The position numbers were made by a program, and so were the translations under genes. The notes beneath the pieces were generated by a model, which ran no database searches, was not told the origin of the DNA, and saw nothing but the letters and a program-made list of their open reading frames with translations. This document shows positions 16,500 through 29,715 of a stretch of 64,000 bases of DNA, one piece after another. The stretch is from the NCBI GenBank assembly GCA_964016885.1, contig OZ024740.1, positions 413,726,001 to 413,790,000 of the forward strand, given 5' to 3'. The DNA is from Eledone cirrhosa. Taxonomy: Eukaryota. Numbering within the stretch: position 1 is the first letter of the stretch; each line of letters opens with the position of its first letter.

Positions 16500-17419
16500 T
16501 ATATATATATATATATATATAGATAGATAATTTAATATATCTACTAACATAAGCGCACAGATGTACGCTAATGCCAGCAAATACACAGGTTATGTCATAG
16601 TACCTAGGTGGTTCAATGCAGGAGGATGCAGAACAATAATATAACAGACGTAAAATAAGAAAATTTTCTTTTTTTTATTTTAACTTACTTACTTAAGTAA
16701 GTTAAAATTTAAAAAAAAAAATTTTTTTTTTTTAATTTTCTTATTTTACGTCTGTTATATATATATATATATATATACATATATATACATACATATATAT
16801 ATATACGCACACACATATATATATATATACACTCATACATAAAATGTATGGGTTTGCCTATATACGTATGGGTGTGTTTCAAGAGGATTCAATGAAATGT
16901 CAATGAGAGAAATTTCACTTAAAGTGTAAGCTAAAATTAGTTGCTGAATGTTGAAAATAGAAAGTTATGAAATGTATGCAGACGTAAAGTTAAATTAAAA
17001 TCATTGAATATTAAAATATGAAGAAAATTGTTCTATTTGGCTCAGAAGTAGTTGATATCATTCAACGGAAAGGAGTATACAACTTAACTGACGTACTATC
17101 ACTTGGTATTCATCCAGTATAAGTATCTACTGCAGAGAAAGTAATTATAAACAGCAAACCAATGTAAGATGTGGTAGATGATTTTTTTTTTTTTTGCATT
17201 AGATGTGTGTAGCATATGAAGTTTTAAACAAATGAGATTTATCCAAAATATTGATCAAGTATTGGCAATTGAATGATTGTAACTTGAAGTTCAAATGTCG
17301 TCCAGTTAATACCACTTTTTCAACTTCGGACAATGAGAATATAAATGATATGTATATAACTGGATAGATTTAGTAACCGTTTTTCCTTATAAAGTGTGAG
17401 GTCCATCTCTAAATAAGTA

Positions 17420-17580
17420 ATAATAATTTTTTCTACTTTTGGCACAAGGCCAGCAATTACCCAGTGCATTACTGGTACTTTATTTTATCGACCCCGTAAC
17501 GATGAAAGGCAAAGTTAACCTCGGCGAGATTTGAACCCAAACCATAAATGGCCGTAACTCTTCGCTGCAAAGCATGGCGT
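17420..17580 (-). mobile_element. tRNA-derived SINE (Deu/Nin-like core), partial
   Basis: Reverse complement contains GCCTTTCATC..CGGGGTCGATAAAATAAAGTACCAG..GTGCCAAAAGTAGAA. Confidence 0.8.
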
Positions 17581-20095
17581 CAAAATAAGTAATAATAATA
17601 CTTACATATATGCACAGGATAGGCAGAATTATTATTGCGACATAGAACACACTTACGGTATGTAATTAGAACCCATTACGCATTCAGATTTAAAATCCAT
17701 CGGAGCTCAACAAAATAAGTACCAATCTATAACATGGGTCAATTTTTTATTCTCATAATAAATCTTAGAAACATATTTTCACGCTCAGAGTTGCTGAAGT
17801 ATGGAACAAACTACCTGCATCTGTTGTTAGCTGTCGATACACTGCATCCTTTAAAACCTCCATGTTTCCTGAGATTCGCCAACACTGCACCTGTTGTGCC
17901 CCCGCCTCCTCCATACACACACACATGTATTTCATGACTCATGCACTGTTCATTTTCCTGACATTTGAACATTATTCTATGTACTATACATGCACCTTTG
18001 ATGAGTTGTAGTGCACCTGAGTACTGTACACATTAATTTCATATTATTATTCATATAAATTAAATCATAATGCAAAGCTAAAAATAATTTAGTGGCACGA
18101 TCTGGCCAGTGGTCATCATATAACTCCTATATTTTGATTTCAAGTGCAGAAAAAATCACCGTTTCTTTCCATCCTTCCTTTAAATTATAGATCCTATAAA
18201 GTATTGGGATTGATTTAATATTCATATAAAGCACCCTATATTTGAATGGAATTATAATAGATAAGTAAGATTACTTTAATTGGTGGCAATTAATTATAAG
18301 AAAAAACTCTAGCGCTTCTTCAATACACAATTGGAAACATCGTGTCTCGATTGTGTCACAAGACGTGAACTTTTTTACTGTACTTTTCACACTTCAATGA
18401 GATTATATTTAGTCAGGCCCAAAAGAAGCAAACAGATTTCATTGTAACTGCCAAGAAACTATAGTACGGTGGTAAGTTAACTTATTAGCACATTGTGCCT
18501 GTATTTACATTTAAACTGCAATATTTAATTTGGCGAATGAGAGAAATAGAAGCATTATCATTTATAATGTATCCAGCCTCTTAACTACTCAATACAAACA
18601 CATGCGAGGGGATATTTACATTACCTGTAAATCTTTTCATTTTTGTAGAGAATACTCGAGTCCCACTGGGATTCCAATTTCCAATCGAAGCTTATACTAT
18701 TATTTCTGAAAATACAAAATTTAACAGCAATCTGAATGGAACTTTAGGACAAATAAAAAAGCCCACTCGACGTTTATGAACCTTCTGCTTGTGTATCTAA
18801 TTAGTATAATTAGTATAATAAGTGTAGTGTTTATAGGTAATGTATCGAGATAGATGTTTCACGAAATCTGCATAACGTGTATCCGAATCAAACAAGACTT
18901 TAATTTTCACACATGCTAATTGAGGAAAATCGTCCATCATCTTCTTTTTACGCGGAAGGCACCTTTGTATCATAGACAAACATGATACTAGGCGTATATC
19001 ACGTTGACAAAAATAATGAGATCTAAACCTTCCGCGAATGTTACTCATAAACACCCCTCTTAAAGCAAACATTTGTAACAGAAAGTAATAAGAGTAGAAT
19101 ATATATTTCGATGTTAATGGATTAATGAATGTATGGGTAAATTAATGAATGAATTATTTTCACCACGCATATCTATTGGATCTCAAAATGCTTTGACCTG
19201 TCTACATTTCATAGTTTCTTTCGGTAAAACAGCTATCAAATAAAGACGATAGTTCAATAATAAGGCAATGATAAATTTCTTGAAGATTGAAAGAGTATCA
19301 TGTTATCTAACAATGCTAAATGTTAATCTAAATGGTACACAAATGGGAATTACTGGAGGAATTGGTACATTCTATAGCAATTAAGACTGAGACAATTTTG
19401 TTTAAAAATTAAGAGTATATTTATCTGAATACTGCAAGTTAGGTGAATATTTATAGATATTTTATTATTGCCTTTTACAGTAATGTATATACAGGTCGAA
19501 AGAATCTGGAGACAGCACAGTGTCACAGACGCGATAGTGATATTGTTCGCCCACCATGGTATCAACTTTGCATCTACTTCGACTGAATGATGTCAATACG
19601 TTATAACTATATATATAAATATCTGATCAGAATAATAAATGATTGTAAGATAATAGATATTTTTATTTTATTTTAAGCATAACATAGAATCAAAGATTTA
19701 TGATATATCGAAGCTATAGTGGCACATTACCTGTATTATGTCTTAATGTATTAACTCTTCAATGGACAACAACATATATTACGTTAGAATTATGAAGGCT
19801 ATTTCCGCATGCGTTATTTTGACAACAAAAATGATATCAAATTTACTAACGTATATAATAATAAAACGTGTAATTTATAGAAATATACATCAATCACACA
19901 AATGAAAATTGACATGCTGTTATTGAACCAAGATGGCGTTATAATTCCCGTTTATAATTGTGTTACATTATTTCACGTTAGTATCGACCACTAACATGTA
20001 TTAAAATGACAGTTAATATTTCCTCGTCTAACCAAACCAATGAGCGTTAACATTCCTTCATCACAAACTCAGATTGTTTATTATTATTTCTTTTA

Positions 20096-20290
20096 GGGCG
20101 GTGGATTGGCAGTATCGGTAGAGGGTCGGACGCCATGCTTTGCAGCTAAGAGTTACGGCCCGTTGTGGTCTGAGTCCAAATCCCGCCGAGGTTAACCTTG
20201 CCTTTCATCCTTACGGAGTCGATAAAATAAAGTACCAGTAATACACTGGGATAATTGCTGACCGTGTGCCAAAAGTAGAAACAATTATTT
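20096..20290 (+). mobile_element. tRNA-derived SINE, full length
   Basis: A-box-like TGGCAGTATCGG, B-box-like GAGTCCAAATCC, core GCCTTTCATCCTTACGGAGTCGATAAAATAAAGTACCAG, tail AGAAACAATTATT. Confidence 0.85.
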
Positions 20291-20867
20291 TTTTTTTCCA
20301 CTGCTGCGTCTCATAAAATTGCATCTTCGATATTGTAAAACATCTGTAAGAAACATACTTTGTTCATTTCCTCCAAGCCTACGCTAGGGCTGCTGAATCT
20401 TGGACGTTAATAAATGATTTTCGTTTTTACTTTCAACGACAATATGCAAAAGACATTTTAAAATGATTGAAAATATGCTTTAATGATTTCCTTCGATTGA
20501 TATTAAATTTATGTTCAATAAATAGTTTACAATTTCCCATACAAATATTTGACTGACACTAGATAGAATTTCAAAATCACAAAGCGCCGATCATTGCTTT
20601 TGATTATTTAGTTTCGTCCCCCTAATATTGAGGATTATATGGCTCAAAGATAAATGTGATTTGAAGTGGGTCGATAGTCGATGGTTCAAGCATGTACTAC
20701 TGTTGATATAGTTGAGTATATATAATTTCTAACAAATCTAGCAGCGATACACTAGATTTCTTTGGAATCAACAATAATTACCTGTGGTCTACTAGGTTCC
20801 ACTTGATCGTCTATAACCCTACCTTTTAATTTGTACACTTATTCAGATGTAAAAAATTATTATTATA

Positions 20868-21062
20868 GGGCGGTGGATTGGCAGTATCGGGAGAATGTTG
20901 GACGCCATGCTTTGCAGCATAGAGTTACGGCCCTTTGCGGTCTTATTTCCAATCCCACCGTGGTTAACCTTGCCTTTCATCCTTACGGAGTAGATAAAAT
21001 AAAGTACCAGTAATGCATTGGGATAATTGGTGGTCTTGTGCCAAAAGTAGAAACAATTATTT
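20868..21062 (+). mobile_element. tRNA-derived SINE, full length
   Basis: Same family as 20096-20290. Confidence 0.85.
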
Positions 21063-21689
21063 CTGTTGTTATTGTTGTTGTTGTTGTTGTTGTTGTTGGG
21101 GGGGGGGGGGGTTATCATCATCACTACCATTAGCATCCATGATTTTCAAACATAATTTCAGAATTTCCTTTCTTAAAATCAGAATTAGATACGCTCTGGA
21201 AAATGTATACAATATTAAAACAAGGTCAAAGCAAATAGAAATATTAAAGATTTTCAAATGTTGCATAAGAAAGAACTAACTATATTTACCCATCCTAGTA
21301 CTGCTATTTTCACGAAGCCTGCTGATGTCTATTATTATGGGGTAGACATAAATATGTCAAACGTAGATGTGTATTATTCCATTTGTACCTATTAAATATG
21401 GGTGATGGAGATATTTTTTCAACTGCTATATGTTTAATTTATAAGCTAAATTGGTTTCATAACTTAGACTTTTAACTGACTTCTGTACTCAATTATCATC
21501 TTTCAGGATTGTCATATTGATAATTAGTACACTATTATTACTTTTGTCTTGTTTCGGTAAATGCTTTGCTGTATATTTCTGATTTCATGCATATTATACA
21601 CATATAAAGTTACATTTGCTTATTAAAACATGTTAAAAGCAAGGATAGTTTCACTGTTTATTAAGGTTTACATGAAGGACTGTGTCTAT

Positions 21690-22148
21690 TAAGGCGGCAA
21701 AATGAATGAGTCGTTAAGGAATAAAATGCCTCGGTATTTGCTCCGGCTCACTGTACTATTTGTTCAAATCCCGTCGAGGTCAAGTTTGCTTAGGATCGGA
21801 CATCATGCTTTCCAGCATAGTTACGGCCTTTTATGATCTGAGTTCAAATCCCGTCGAAGTTAACTTTGACTTTCATCCTTACGGGGTCGATAAATATAGT
21901 ACCGGTAATGTACAGGGTTAATTGTTGGCCTTGTGTCAAAAGTAGAAAAAAATATTTTGATTGAATTGGCAGTATCGGTAGAGGGTCGGACCCCATGCTT
22001 TCCAGCATAGTTGCCTTCCTTTTCGGCCTGAGTTCAAATCCCGTCGAGGTTAACTTTTCCTTTCATCCTTACGGGGTCGATAAAATAAAGTAACAGTAAT
22101 GTACTGGAGTAATTGCTGACCTTGTGCCTAAAGTAGAAACAATTGTTA
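21690..22148 (+). mobile_element. Cluster of tandem SINE copies (a partial head plus two copies)
   Basis: GTTCAAATCCCGTCGA occurs three times and CTTTCATCCTTACGGGGTCGATAAA twice. Confidence 0.8.
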
Positions 22149-22259
22149 TGATGACGGTAATGTACAAGTACAACATTGAGGCAGATTCCTTCGCTACCTA
22201 ACTATCTGTCTTTTTGTTTCTCTCTCTGTCTCCCTCGCTCTCTCTCTCTCACCCTCCCT

Positions 22260-22320
<61 letters not shown>

Positions 22321-22323
<3 letters not shown>

Positions 22324-22512
22324 CAAAGGAATTGTGGTAATGAACCAGATGGACCATAATGCACCAGAGTACTCAATACTTAGGGTAGTAGAGTGGGAAT
22401 TAGGAAAAAGTATGAAACAGACGGCAGAGCTCAAGCCGTTTAGACGGCTATTTCTGAGTCCAGAAATAGCCGTCGAAACGGCTTCAGCTCTGCCGTCGGG
22501 GTCATACTTTTT

Positions 22513-22516
<4 letters not shown>
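22321..22516 (-). mobile_element. Mini hairpin+tail insertion (family also at 27629-27821, 37020-37150 and 41172-41370)
   Basis: Tail AACAAAGGAA..GTACTCAATAC..GTAGTAGAGTGG, then hairpin GACGGCAGAGCTCAAGCCGTT..AACGGCTTCAGCTCTGCCGTC. Confidence 0.8.
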
Positions 22517-22555
<39 letters not shown>

Positions 22556-22559
<4 letters not shown>

Positions 22560-22743
22560 ATAATAATAAATGTGAAGACTAAAATCCAAAGAAGGCTCGA
22601 TAAGGATAATATATATATAAAATATATAAGAACCGTAGAGCAAATATTTATTAAAATAACAGATTAAAGTTTAAGCAAAGAATCGCTGCTTTCACCCTTA
22701 ACGGGATCTTCTGAAACTAACAAAGTCAATCTGTGAACGCAGA
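22556..22743 (-). mobile_element. 3' end of PLE family F including tail
   Basis: 22643-22743 is the reverse complement of ~10366-10466, extended by an ~85-nt tail also seen at 41486-41569. Confidence 0.85.
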
Positions 22744-22974
22744 AGTAAATATTTCGAAAACTGCAGACATGCTGAAGAATGAGCTGCACCATGTTTAAGA
22801 TAGCAAAAGGTCGCCAGGTCTCAGGAGTTAATGGCCCTACTACAATAATAGCGAGGTCACCACAAACCAAATCTCTATAATACGTTCAGTCCAGGTAATT
22901 AGTGTGCGCACGGCTATGGTGGTGATGATGAATGATGCTGAGAGGGATGAGAGGGATTACGGAGATAAAGGTGT

Positions 22975-22975
<1 letters not shown>

Positions 22976-23032
<57 letters not shown>

Positions 23033-23167
23033 TGATGCTGATGATGATAAATGATGCTGAGATGGATGCGCAGGATTACGGTATGACAGTGTTTATGTTG
23101 ATGATGATGATGATGATGATTATTATGAGAGGGATGAGAAGGATTACGGGGACGACAGTGTTTATGT

Positions 23168-23211
<44 letters not shown>

Positions 23212-23212
23212 T
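22976..23212. repeat. (GAT)n microsatellite with a short degenerate repeat
   Basis: Long GAT runs separated by repeated GGATTACGG..GTGTTTATGTT units. Confidence 0.9.
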
Positions 23213-23629
23213 TGTAAAGTGCAATGAATAAACGACAACGACGCCGCTGGTGGTGATAATGATTAGAATTGTGATTATCATCATCAATATGCAGTAACAA
23301 TTTGCTAATGTAAACTGAAAAGAAAGATGCAATCACATTAAAAGTACGAAGACGTTCGATATTCGATATATTTCGCTCTACAGTTTATGTCGACGTTAAT
23401 GGTTCTGCTTCTCAGTAAATCTTTGATGTTCTAACATTTCTGATTTTTTTGTTGTGTAATTCTCTGTTAGGCAAATGATATAGCATGATTTGGGGGAATT
23501 GAGTAAAATATTTCAGTTTTACTTATCTAGAAGTGACAGCAGCTCTTGCAAAGTCAGTGTGTTTATACTTTAAAATTCATGACCCTAAGCCACGCGTACA
23601 ATGTCACACATGAACACATCATTCATGAG

Positions 23630-24790
<1,161 letters not shown>

Positions 24791-25965
24791 ATGAATATAT
24801 TCCCTGCATATTGGTGTGTTAAGATTTCTACTGGAGAAAGAAATTGATTTAGAAATGTCTGGATATCTCTTCTCATAAACAACACTACGCTGCAAACTTT
24901 TTCTGCAATGCAACGCGACAGCTGAAGATTCTGTATATATCTCCTGGGGCATCAATCGATTTTCAGAATTTTAATTATGTTTTCTCTACAAACTTGAACA
25001 GACTTTATATTAGTTTAGTTAATATCAACGGAACCCAGTCACATTAAAACTATTTGTATTCACATATTTCTCTAACTGTAAAATCTGTCTAAGCATTAAC
25101 AAAAATCCTTTTGCACCACAAAATGAAAATGCAAGGGTTCTAAGTTTAGGTTTTAGTCAGTTTTAGTATAGTGTTGTATACTGAAAGATATCCTCTTGGC
25201 TGTGAGAATCTAAAATCTGGTTTCTTTTCTTTGGGAAATTTTATAAATGTTTTTCATGCGGTTAATGTTCTTGAAAAATATAAACGCCACACGTTTCTAA
25301 TTTTCTATTTCTGAAAACATACAGCCTTTCGCTTTACTCACAAGACACCAATATTTTAAAAGTATATACGTACGTGCCTTTATACTTTTCTTAATGTCTT
25401 TGAAAGAGGTATAACGTTATGCAATTTCAATCAAGTTAGTAGATGATTCTTTCCAGCTATCATCCTTGCGGCTTATAAATAAATCTACCTACATAAGAAC
25501 TTCACTTTTGAGAAAATTGAAATGCATAATAAAGGAAAAAATAATGTACATTTAAGGGCATTTCTTCCCTTGCAGGACGATAAAAAGCTATAGATAATAT
25601 AATGTAGCTGATTTTATTATCTACGAACAAAGTTATGTTTGTTTGTAAGTAATTATTTTATCTAACAACGGAATTACTTCTGATTTTAATTGAGTGGTTT
25701 GATCAGCTATTCTATCGTTTAAAACAGTTTTATTTTTTTCCAAGTGTGGTTTATCAAATGCGTATACTAAAATATAGCCATCAATATGTCATCCTTATCT
25801 GATAATATTCCTTCTTTTTCTGTTATTGTTCTAAAGCATCTTCAATATTCAAAAACAACGTATGACCTACCAGTTTATGCTGACTAATCACGATGATATA
25901 CGTTCGATTTCCGTACAACATCACATCTTTTTCCACCTAGTGAAGCAACAAACTACAACTGAAAA

Positions 25966-26065
25966 CAATAATTGTTTCTACTTTAGGCACAAGGCCAGCA
26001 GTTAACCAGTGCATTACTGGTACTTTATTTTATCGACCTCGTAAGGATGAAAGGCAAAGTCAACC
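25966..26065 (-). mobile_element. SINE 3' half
   Basis: Reverse complement of the core and 3' end of the 20096 family. Confidence 0.75.
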
Positions 26066-26240
26066 TAATCAGATCAAATATGTAAGCTAACACAAGGTGT
26101 GAAATAATAAGCTAATGCATATTTTAATGGTCGAACCATTAGTCATGTTAGCAATGGGAATTACCCTTAATGGAAGAACAAGCTGGACAATGTTGTTCTC
26201 AATAGACACAAATTGGGTATGGAAGGTCTTTTTTCATGTG

Positions 26241-26310
26241 TGTGTCAACAGTGTTTTTCGAAGAACATTTAATGTTATTTAATACTGATTTCTAACTTAG
26301 ACACGAGGAT

Positions 26311-26342
<32 letters not shown>

Positions 26343-26377
26343 AGAGAGTGTGTGTGTGTAAATACGCACATATACAG

Positions 26378-26460
<83 letters not shown>

Positions 26461-26584
26461 TGTATATGTGCGTATTTACACACACACACTCTCACACACA
26501 CACATATATATATAATCCTTGTGTCTATGTTAGAAATCAGTATTAAATAACATTAAATGTTCTTCGCAAAACACAGTTGACACA
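26241..26584. repeat. Fold-back inverted duplication centred on (TA)n
   Basis: TGTGTCAACAGTG..GACACGAGGATTATA..CATATACAG (TA)n CTGTATATG..TAATCCTTGTGTC..CAGTTGACACA. Confidence 0.9.
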
Positions 26585-26599
26585 TATATATATGTATAA

Positions 26600-26646
<47 letters not shown>

Positions 26647-26655
26647 CTTGTGTAT

Positions 26656-27050
26656 AATGGTGGCTATGATGCTTCCATAGGCGGTACGCCAAAATTAGCA
26701 CTCAATATTCAACAGAGTAGAGTGTGTATAGTATAAAAATCGAAAAATCAGTGATGCAACTGGACTCAATTTATTGCGTGTTACAATTGTTTCGCCGGAA
26801 GGTAGCTCGAGACATGGTCCCTGTGTGTATCTGGCTGATTCTACGGCTGCAAGTTCTTTCAGACACGGGTAGTTCGTTCGGAGCAAATTTTATCACTGTG
26901 ATAAAATACCCGTGTCTGAAGGAACCTGCAGCCGTAGAATCAGCCAGATCCATACAGGGACCATGTCTTGAGCTACCTGCCGGCGAAACAATTGTAACAC
27001 GCAATAAATTGAGTCCAGATGCATCACTGATTTTTCGTGTTTTTATTCTA
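26656..27050 (-). mobile_element. Mini PLE-like insertion with inverted hammerhead-like arms plus tail
   Basis: Arms ~26728-26871 and ~26907-27050. CGTGT-CTGAAGGA..GAAAC-AATT-GTA-ACACG, then AATAAA. Related to 29716-30082. Confidence 0.8.
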
Positions 27051-27078
27051 TATATATATACATACATATATACTGCAG

Positions 27079-27155
<77 letters not shown>

Positions 27156-27530
27156 GGTAGTGTAACTTGGAGTTACTGTAGGTTCACCCTGGGGAGCACT
27201 CGATGTTTATGTTCCCTTCTGTGTCGAGGTGTAGAGCTATACAGAGTGTATTATATTGAAAAGATAACAGGCCGATTGGTTACTCCTTCGTTACATTTAT
27301 TGGTTGGTGACACGCGATTCGCCACTGATCCGCTCAAGGTTCGATCTGTATCGATCGTACCCGACTCTGTCATTTGCAGCTTGACGTCGGGTTCCGTCGA
27401 GCTGCAGATTACAGAGTCGGGTAAGATCGATACAGATCGAACCTTGAGCTGATCAATGGCGAAACGCGCATCACCAACCAATAAATGTAACGAAGGAGTA
27501 ACCAATCGTCCTTGTTATCTTTTCAATATA
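27156..27530 (-). mobile_element. Mini PLE-like insertion: ~135-bp hairpin arms plus tail
   Basis: Arms 27252-27387 and 27396-27530. Contains GAAACGCGC/GT, related to the hammerhead at 46921-47013. Tail 27156-27250. Confidence 0.8.
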
Positions 27531-27596
27531 TATATATATATATATTTATTAAAATAACAGATTAAAGTTTAAGCAAAGAATCGCTGCTTTCACCCT

Positions 27597-27628
<32 letters not shown>

Positions 27629-27631
<3 letters not shown>

Positions 27632-27818
27632 CGAAGGAAATGTGGTAAGGAACCAGGTGGACCATAACGCACCAAAGTACTCAATACTTGAGGTAGTAGA
27701 GTGGGTAATAGGAACCAGTAAGACCCCGACAGCTGAGCTCAAGCCGTTTCGACGGCTAATTATGTCCAGAATTAGCCGTCGAAACGGCTTGAGCTCAGCT
27801 GTCGGGGTCTTACTGGTT

Positions 27819-27821
<3 letters not shown>
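27629..27821 (-). mobile_element. Mini hairpin+tail insertion (22321 family)
   Basis: ~52-bp perfect arms AGGAACCAGTAAGACCCCG..AATT / AATT..CGGGGTCTTACTGGTTCCT. Confidence 0.85.
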
Positions 27822-27856
<35 letters not shown>

Positions 27857-27857
<1 letters not shown>

Positions 27858-28572
27858 CGAAAATGTTCGCTCTACATGGCTGAATACAATAAATGTAATC
27901 TAAGTTTTTCGAATATTAATAATAACATTCGATTCGTTTGCAATTATGCAAACAAGCCTCAATTTCATATCCCTGTCAGAAGAATTAACCCTTCATTATT
28001 GCTCTTGTGTTGGCATGTGAACAGAACTGCAGACACTAATGTTTCTGGGTACCACCCTTCATCAGTACAGCTCAGTGTTCACCTGCCAAACTGTCAGAGC
28101 TAGTGAAAATATATGCTATTTTCAAAAATACACAGTGACAGATCGGCCTGATTTGCATATTAGCAGACTGGCTGATCAGTTAGATCTGCATATTAGCAGA
28201 TCCACTGATCAGCCATATTTGCATATCAGCAGACTGGCCAGTCAGTTTCCTGTATAAGAGCGACAAATGGCCGGCTTTGCCAAATTCAAATAAAAAAGAA
28301 AGTTTTCGCTCTATATGGCTGAATCCAATAAATGTAATCTGAGTTTTTCGAATATTAATAATATCATTCGATTCGTTTGCAATTATGCAAACAAGCCTCA
28401 ATTTTATAGACATGTCAGTAGAATGAACCCTTCATTCTTGCTCTTGTGTTGTCAAAGCCGGCCATTTATGGCTCGTATGTCATTCTACTGACATGGCTAT
28501 AAAATTGAAGCTTGTTTGCATAATTGCAAACGAATCGAATGTTATTACTAATATTCGAAAAACTCATATTAC

Positions 28573-28578
<6 letters not shown>
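27857..28578 (-). mobile_element. Retrozyme-like non-coding tandem element (~439-bp unit) with inverted arm
   Basis: CGCTCTA(C/T)ATGGCTGAAT at 27868 and 28307. Hammerhead at 28027-28070. Inverted segment ~28452-28578. Confidence 0.72.
28027..28070 (-). ncRNA. Minimal type I hammerhead ribozyme
   Basis: CTGTA-CTGATGA-AGGGTGGTACCCA-GAAAC-ATTAGT-GTC-TGCAG. Confidence 0.78.
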
Positions 28579-28624
<46 letters not shown>

Positions 28625-28629
<5 letters not shown>

Positions 28630-28746
28630 GGTTTGAGGTTCACCACTGTATAGAGCTGGTCTATTCATACGGAACCCGGTCATTGAAATGATCATAGTAT
28701 AATAAACCTTTCAACGATTTACACAAATCCAGCCTCCTGTCATTTC

Positions 28747-28750
<4 letters not shown>
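28625..28750. mobile_element. Ultra-short two-arm insertion of family G
   Basis: 28625-28660 is the inverted extreme tail (compare ~53810-53846). 28661-28750 is the direct hammerhead half ending at CATTATA (compare 53613-53703). Confidence 0.8.
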
Positions 28751-28790
<40 letters not shown>

Positions 28791-28793
<3 letters not shown>

Positions 28794-29650
28794 TACACAA
28801 TTATCAAAGTTATGTCCAAATCATTTAATTGCTGAGAATCGTTTCTTCCAAACTTTCGTTTGGAATCATCGGTGCATTATCAATGTTTGTACATATAATT
28901 AACCTCCTATTTAACTGAACAATCATATAGATACATATATATTGATGTTATGAGCAACAGTTTAGTATTTACAGGGTGTAATGGATGCGACATATATTAT
29001 ACGAGAATTGTACAAAAATTCAAATTAAAATTAAAAGCACAGAGTGGAATACATGCGACAGATAATACAGTATAATAATTAAAGAGGCATTGAGAAAGAA
29101 TGAGGACATTAGCAGTACATATGCAAGCGTGTAGAAAGTGCACATGCGTTAGTCATATATATGAGAATGAAATAAGCAAAGGCATATATAGATAAATAAA
29201 TACTGTATGGCAAAGAAAATGTGTTAATGTATAAAAGTTTTATGGCGGGTGTAATGTGATGATAGTGTTCAAATTTGTGTGTTTGAGAAAATCAATGTTA
29301 TTGTAGTCTTTTCCATTACATATGTTAAATTATATTTTAGTTAATGTTTATATTGAATGTTTTAAGTTAGTTACAGCAATGGATTGTATATTGGTCTTAT
29401 TGTATTCTTATTCGTGGATTAGAGTTGTTCAACAGGTAGTTTTTCCAACGGTTTAATGTCATATATATAAATTATTAAATATATATATATATAAAGAGAA
29501 TGATAATTGTGTAATTTATATTCCTGCTCTGAAAAATACCTGATGTTCTTACATTGAACAATTTCTCTTACTGGTAATTAGGTAGTAGGAAATTAGTGAC
29601 CTTTCCTGTTTATAGTTGTTTATAGTATATACTTAACTATAAATAGTATC
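28791..29650. mobile_element. Decayed PLE-like 3' region with a degenerate hammerhead (28826-28880, minus) and a tail on the plus strand
   Basis: Minus strand CCGATGA-TTCCAAAC-GAAA-GTTTGGAA-GAAAC. Short inverted match AATTACACAATTATC / GATAATTGTGTAATT (~29502). Confidence 0.55.
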
Positions 29651-29715
29651 ATTATTATGATATATATACCTATATATATATATGTGTGTGTGTGTGTATG
29701 TGTGTGTATGTGTGT

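Noticed and set aside
18797-19072. KIKVLFD resemblance to the STAT DNA-binding domain
   Set aside because: Only a few residues match, with no supporting neighbouring exons.
20096-20190. tRNA genes
   Set aside because: A/B boxes belong to SINE heads fused to a shared core, and no cloverleaf is evident.
27629-27821. Hairpins as MITEs or pre-miRNA genes
   Set aside because: They have an asymmetric unique tail, variable hairpin centres between copies and hammerhead remnants, all fitting PLE two-arm inserts.
28141-28240. CRISPR-like short repeats
   Set aside because: Contiguous degenerate tandem units without unique spacers, in a eukaryotic context with no cas genes.
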